64,000 nt of DNA, taken from Prorocentrum cordatum. Lineage: Eukaryota. Positions 61,601 to 64,000 of the stretch are shown in pieces. Made by a program: the position numbers and the translations under genes. Numbering within the stretch: the first letter of the stretch is position 1; every line of letters starts with the position of its first letter. The stretch is taken from positions 372,001 through 436,000 of the forward strand of contig CAUYUJ010000001.1 of NCBI GenBank assembly GCA_963575745.1. Direction: 5' to 3'. The notes below the pieces were generated by a model, which was given only the letters and a program-made list of their open reading frames with translations, searched no databases and was not told the origin of the DNA.

Positions 61601-63992
61601 GACGACGGCGATAATTCGCCAGCCCAACGGGCCAGAGGCGTGCTAAGATCTCCGGTAACCGAATATATAGAGATATATACATATATACATATATATAGAC
61701 ATACACACATGTACATATATGTACATGTGTATAAATATATAGATAAGCACACATACATCTAAGTTTAAGTAAATGTGTATATATGTACATATACGAGTTC
61801 CCGCCCGCGCGGGGCCGCCCCTGGGAGCCCTGGACGACAAGTACCCCCCAGGACCCCCAGCCAAGGTCCTGGCAGACTCGGATCATAGATGGTTTGCTCC
61901 CGGGGGCGGTTCTGCTCCCAGGAGCGATTTTCGGGGCTCTCCAGATCGCCCCAGGAGCGGCCCAAGGAACGTCAAGGCAGCTCCAAAAGGGCCCACGGAT
62001 CGGAATCACTGCCAAAGAGCGCTCCAAGACGCCCAAGATGTCCCCAAGACGGCCCAAGAGGCCCCAAAGAAGCGCCAAGAGCGCTCCAGGAGGACCCCAA
62101 AGAGGGCCAAACGAAGCAACAACTATTGATTTCCCATCTGCTTTTTCCGTATGTCTTCGCGTTCTCGCGATGTCGGGCGTCCGACGCTCCAAGCTGGCCC
62201 CAGAGGCCCCCAGGACCGTCCAGGAGGGCCCTAAAATGGCCCCTGATGTGCCCAAGGTCGCCCAAGACGGCCCCGAGACGGCCCCAAGAGGGGAAACGCG
62301 AACCACCGGTTCAGCCCTTCCGCTCCACGAGGCCCCCCCAGGAGGCCCCAAGAGGCCCCCGGGAGGCCTGGCCCCGCGAGGCCCCCAGAAGGTCCAACAC
62401 GAAGCCCCTACAATAGGCTACCAATCGGGAGCGGCCAAGAGGGGGGTGTCCAAGAGGGGGGGGTGCAAATCATGACCGGCGGCATGTGCGCGGCCCAGCG
62501 GGGGGGCCAGGGACGTAATGAAATAAGAAGAGGCGCCATAAAATCTGGGGAAATATCATGGCCCACGCCATGATATCCACCCCCCCCTAGTCATCACCCC
62601 CCCCTTTTCCGCCCCCGAACCAAACGGCTCCCAAGAGGCCCAGAAAGGCCACGAACGCGCAGGCAGACGCCTGCGATGGCATAAATACGGGCCGGCAGAA
62701 TGAGCGAAGCGATTCACTGAGACAACACCGGGCCGAGATCACAATGCGGTAATATCTCAGAACCGGCAGATCTGAACGGCGTGTCCAGCTCTGCGACCGA
62801 TCTGGAGCGTTCCGGAACGCTCTGAGAGCAGAATGCTCTGGAAATACTTGAAGATCATTCGTAGGCTTGGGGGTCCCAAAACGGTGTGGTGACAGACCGT
62901 ATGGTGACCCCGGATCACCATAAGACCTTCCGCACGGTCCGTCACCACATAGTTTTGACGTCTTGTAGGCCCCAATCGCCCGAGACATCCTCGGATATCG
63001 AACCATGTCCCAAAACCGCACGCTCACCCCGAATGATTGGTTTTCAGATCACAACTCGGACCTCATGTGGCCGTTCGGAATGCGCTGGGTACACCCAAAA
63101 CGCTCTCGCTGAGGCGCAACTGCTGGAACGCATCCCAAGGGAAGAACATCCATAAAAACCGGCGAAAACGTCAGAACACCAGACCATGTTCAACGGAGCA
63201 ATAATTCAATCAGAAAAATCTGTGGACCCCCCCTCGGATAACCCATACAGATGGAGGACACAACGACCTTTGGACAACCCAGCGGGGATCAGGACTGCCC
63301 CACCGGACAACCCCCTGGACAAGCCTCCCCTCGGGGGCGTGCAAACATGGATTCGCGCTCCATGGATTCGGCGCGCGGTCGCCAAATTCATGGATCGGGG
63401 GAGGTGCCCTCCCCAAAATGCGGCCGGTGCCGCCTCGTTCGGCGGCGGTAGTCCTCGATTTCCCGTGGAAACGGGACCAGTCGTGAATCCACGCCCCCCT
63501 GGATCCATGTTTGCGATGGCCTGATGGACCCCCCCCCTGGACACGCCTGCCTCCCCCTGGTATGCGCCTGTCGACCCAGGCCGCACCGCTTTGAGACATG
63601 CCTGGATCTAGGTCGGGCATGTCCTCCTAGTGGCGGAGCTTGGAGGACATATTGAAAATAGTCCACAAAATAAACCAAACAGGTCAAAAAGAGTCAAAAC
63701 AATTGTCCACATACTACGTTTGGACTGTCTTTGAATGTCCCTCCTGTAGAGGGACGTGCCCGACTTAAGCCTGGATCGGGCCTCTGCAGGTCCAGCCTGG
63801 CTTTGAGTCGGGCCCGTCCCCCTAAAGGTGGATCTTGGACGACAAACGACAAGAAACAAAACATACGCAAAAACATTGGATATAGTCCACACAATGGACC
63901 CCTGGCAATTTCTGGGCTATTCTTGAACATTCCTCCTGTAGAGGGACACGCCCGGCTTAAGCCTTCGTGGCGCGCACGTGGCCCGCCAGCAC
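45015..63992 (-). CDS. Multi-exon protein-coding gene, unknown function (5' end probably beyond window); C-terminal NLS-like PPAKRLR
   Basis: GC3-rich islands bounded by AG|G acceptors and GC/GT/GA donors; several adjacent exons chain in phase (50220-50068, 48785-48681, 47080-46948; 55042-55001, 54406-54343); stop TAG at 45017-45015. Some exon frames are ambiguous. Confidence 0.7.
45142..45344. mobile_element. Family I MITE (second copy 27732-27930)
   Basis: TIR tcgggc.gggcgaaagggggg / cccctttcgt.cggcccga; shared gaatcagctcacgta core. Confidence 0.75.
45558..45662 (-). CDS. 105-nt exon with GA donor (frame ambiguous)
   Basis: ccag|GCT ... AAG|ga; two open frames. Confidence 0.55.
46948..47080 (-). 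CDS. Exon VALLKRPDAKMALSMDPDATKRAAADLLRTRPPDRESPDGAVTQ
   Basis: ttcag|GTG ... CAGG|gc, high GC3. Confidence 0.75.
47434..48487. mobile_element. TIR element (ttgatgggc...ccaccaccataag) with cargo ORF; sibling 41941-42467 holds (GGA)n
   Basis: Inverted ends ttgatgggcctgttttccacc / ggtggtggaagacaagcccaccaa shared with the sibling. Confidence 0.6.
47630..48350 (-). CDS. Intronless cargo ORF with helical N-region, acidic patch and KOW/SH3-like C-terminal motif
   Basis: VRLLRAAEGLLRAAVAGL...EDELNDEWADG...VRARLCRGPLAGLEATVVAVGESYASVRF; high GC3; probable 5' frameshift. Confidence 0.5.
48681..48785 (-). CDS. Exon VLVATDHGGFAKSEACMTATATRSASDLGEDDLLR
   Basis: ggag|GTC ... CGC|gc, 35 codons, phase 0 at both ends, matching neighbours. 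Confidence 0.65.
49157..50046. mobile_element. Two family A MITEs: 49157-49297 (opposite orientation) and 49883-50046
   Basis: Family TIRs; TSDs CGCTCGCA/TGCTTGCA and AAACAACA/AACCAGCA (6/8 each). Confidence 0.75.
50068..50220 (-). CDS. Exon VGEVDVAKMDGWLQLARKHGFDLSLPEGRQPEGAVFPNPQEAATLVRLADE
   Basis: cgag|GTC ... GAG|gc, exactly 51 codons, GC3 near saturation. Confidence 0.85.
52044..52940. repeat. (GAT)n then (CAT)n microsatellite with polarity switch at about 52165
   Basis: Direct reading. Confidence 0.9.
52941..53079 (-). CDS. Exon (frame ambiguous: ALPRSAALLEMSG...PEHAA or LHFPAAPLSWKCL...)
   Basis: Unique GC-rich island between a MITE and (CAT)n; TG|gtg donor; first frame chains to candidate micro-exon 51404-51380 (SWDLLVAE). 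Confidence 0.5.
53460..53943 (-). pseudogene. SL-headed intronless retrocopy, LINE ORF1-like (coiled coil, Ser linker, RRM-like start), 3'-truncated by a MITE
   Basis: ATG at 53943, about 190 nt after the SL; heptad-like IMAQLEARL...LKTMQLRMDAQE, then DPCVKYVGTFP; runs into a repeat shared with 38683-38815. Confidence 0.55.
54131..54167 (-). other. Dinoflagellate spliced leader (22 nt, 54167-54146) followed by a relic SL (54145-54131)
   Basis: TCCGTAGCCATTTTGGCTCAAG then CCATTTTGGCTCAAG; exact match to DCCGTAGCCATTTTGGCTCAAG. Confidence 0.97.
54343..54406 (-). CDS. Exon VVSVPPPGAILDASAAEVAWR
   Basis: gcag|GTG ... AGAG|gc. Confidence 0.7.
55001..55338 (-). CDS. Two exons: RRESAKFYARREGAK...FWTPLPGDGSIFGVCDLAAGWSQ (about 55338-55150) and ATIIHGLEGHTEHE (55042-55001)
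   Basis: High GC3 frames; second exon is gag|GCG...GAG|gc, in phase with the next exon. Confidence 0.6.
55908..55982 (-). CDS. Exon VCDLTFCHDHSSEQMPSCLAAIAVG
   Basis: cgag|GTC ... GGG|gc, 25 codons, high GC3. Confidence 0.7.
56254..56445. mobile_element. Family C MITE, TA-flanked, Tc1/mariner-like (copies 41204-41578, 45718-45941, 56254-56445)
   Basis: TA-CGGTAGGTTCG...CGAACCTACCG-TA ends; shared gatcgttcaaccttgaa core. Confidence 0.7.
57576..57673 (-). CDS. Exon GTTFYEFGVPISNPEFLRPHRVVSVASLRVNRQ
   Basis: ggag|GC acceptor; donor at 57576 (AG|gc) or 57588 (|gt); high GC3. Confidence 0.75.
58158..59910. mobile_element. Nested TIR element, 5-bp TSD TAAAC, carrying the transposase relic
   Basis: Degenerate TIRs (gatcggggcaaa / tttgtcccgatc); TAAAC at 58153-58157 and 59911-59915. 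Confidence 0.55.
59200..59593 (+). pseudogene. Relic hAT-like DDE transposase core in two exons (59200-59343, 59428-59593)
   Basis: SFLLPLDESTLMDTLSALGV resembles hAT FSLxLDESTDxxxxxQL with the same spacing; downstream TCGLH fits CxxH; 84-nt intron AAG|gc...ttttcag|GCC in phase 0; GC3 near saturation. Confidence 0.6.
60497..60668. mobile_element. Family A MITE, TSD AGGTAGGA
   Basis: Perfect 8-bp TSD at 60489-60496 and 60669-60676. Confidence 0.85.
60677..60843. mobile_element. 167-bp near-perfect fold-back MITE, 6-bp TSD GTAGGA
   Basis: Arms of about 80 bp beginning tagggcgacgagatctatgcatatcc; GTAGGA on both sides. Confidence 0.85.
60855..61035 (-). CDS. Exon EGFKIRVLTRSAARFAELHRRAGADGARLRQIERYEEGADCRVWVLGTMTTRPLGCLVPA
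   Basis: gcag|GAG ... CAG|gc, 60 codons plus 1 nt, very high GC3; the in-phase antisense frame has a stop. Confidence 0.8.
63568..63601 (-). CDS. 34-nt micro-exon
   Basis: ccag|GCATG...CGACAG|gc. Confidence 0.5.
63608..63768. mobile_element. Family A MITE / Introner, TSD GCCTGGAT
   Basis: TIRs ctaggtcgggcatgtcc / ggacgtgcccgacttaa; TSD at 63600-63607 and 63769-63776. Confidence 0.85.
63771..63796 (-). CDS. 26-nt micro-exon between two TIR-element introns
   Basis: ccag|GCTGGACCTGCAGAGGCCCGATCCAG|gc. Confidence 0.6.
63803..63960. mobile_element. Family A MITE / Introner, degenerate TSD GCCTGGCT/GCCTTCGT
   Basis: TIRs ttgagtcgggcccgtccc / gggacacgcccggcttaa. Confidence 0.8.
63963..63992 (-). 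CDS. Exon (VLAGHVRATK; frame uncertain)
   Basis: ccag|GTG ... AAG|gc; donor lies in the TSD of the adjacent TIR element. Confidence 0.55.
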
Positions 63993-64000
63993 CTGGCGGG

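Larger units (their letters stand above)
17440..63516. repeat. Further dispersed repeat families (approximate): D 19440, 29060, 31093, 41030, 45424, 60340; E 20675, 42627, 56450; F 17440, 27530, 35136; G (AATCGG-rich) 17180, 20870, 44070, 54470; J 55693, 63340; K 28497, 28878; L 38683, 53349; M 19860, 56790; N 39380, 51135, 56980, 61290; O 34880, 41610
   Basis: Recurrent 100-250 bp segments matched by eye; many have terminal inverted repeats. Confidence 0.75.

Overview
GC-rich, repeat-dense eukaryotic DNA. A perfect 22-nt dinoflagellate spliced leader and GC/GA splice donors point to a dinoflagellate (Prorocentrum-like; inference). Almost all listed ORFs are artefacts of microsatellites and GC content. 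Supported content: (1) a multi-exon minus-strand gene of unknown function running from beyond 64000 to a stop at 45015, plus further exon-like islands at about 17.7-44 kb; (2) decayed Copia-like and LINE retroelements, all on the minus strand; (3) more than a dozen MITE-like families and many satellites; (4) a 100-N gap. Best candidate system: a TIR family with 8-bp target-site duplications (7 copies). In three copies the TSD contains AG|GC, so element plus one TSD is exactly one intron of the gene (Introner geometry). The largest copy encloses an intron-containing, antisense relic of a hAT-like transposase core (LDEST...CxxH). Also notable: a DinoSL plus relic-SL headed LINE-ORF1-like retrocopy, a KOW-like cargo ORF inside a TIR element, and a strong shared orientation of most repeat families. 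All calls were read by eye; no searches were run.
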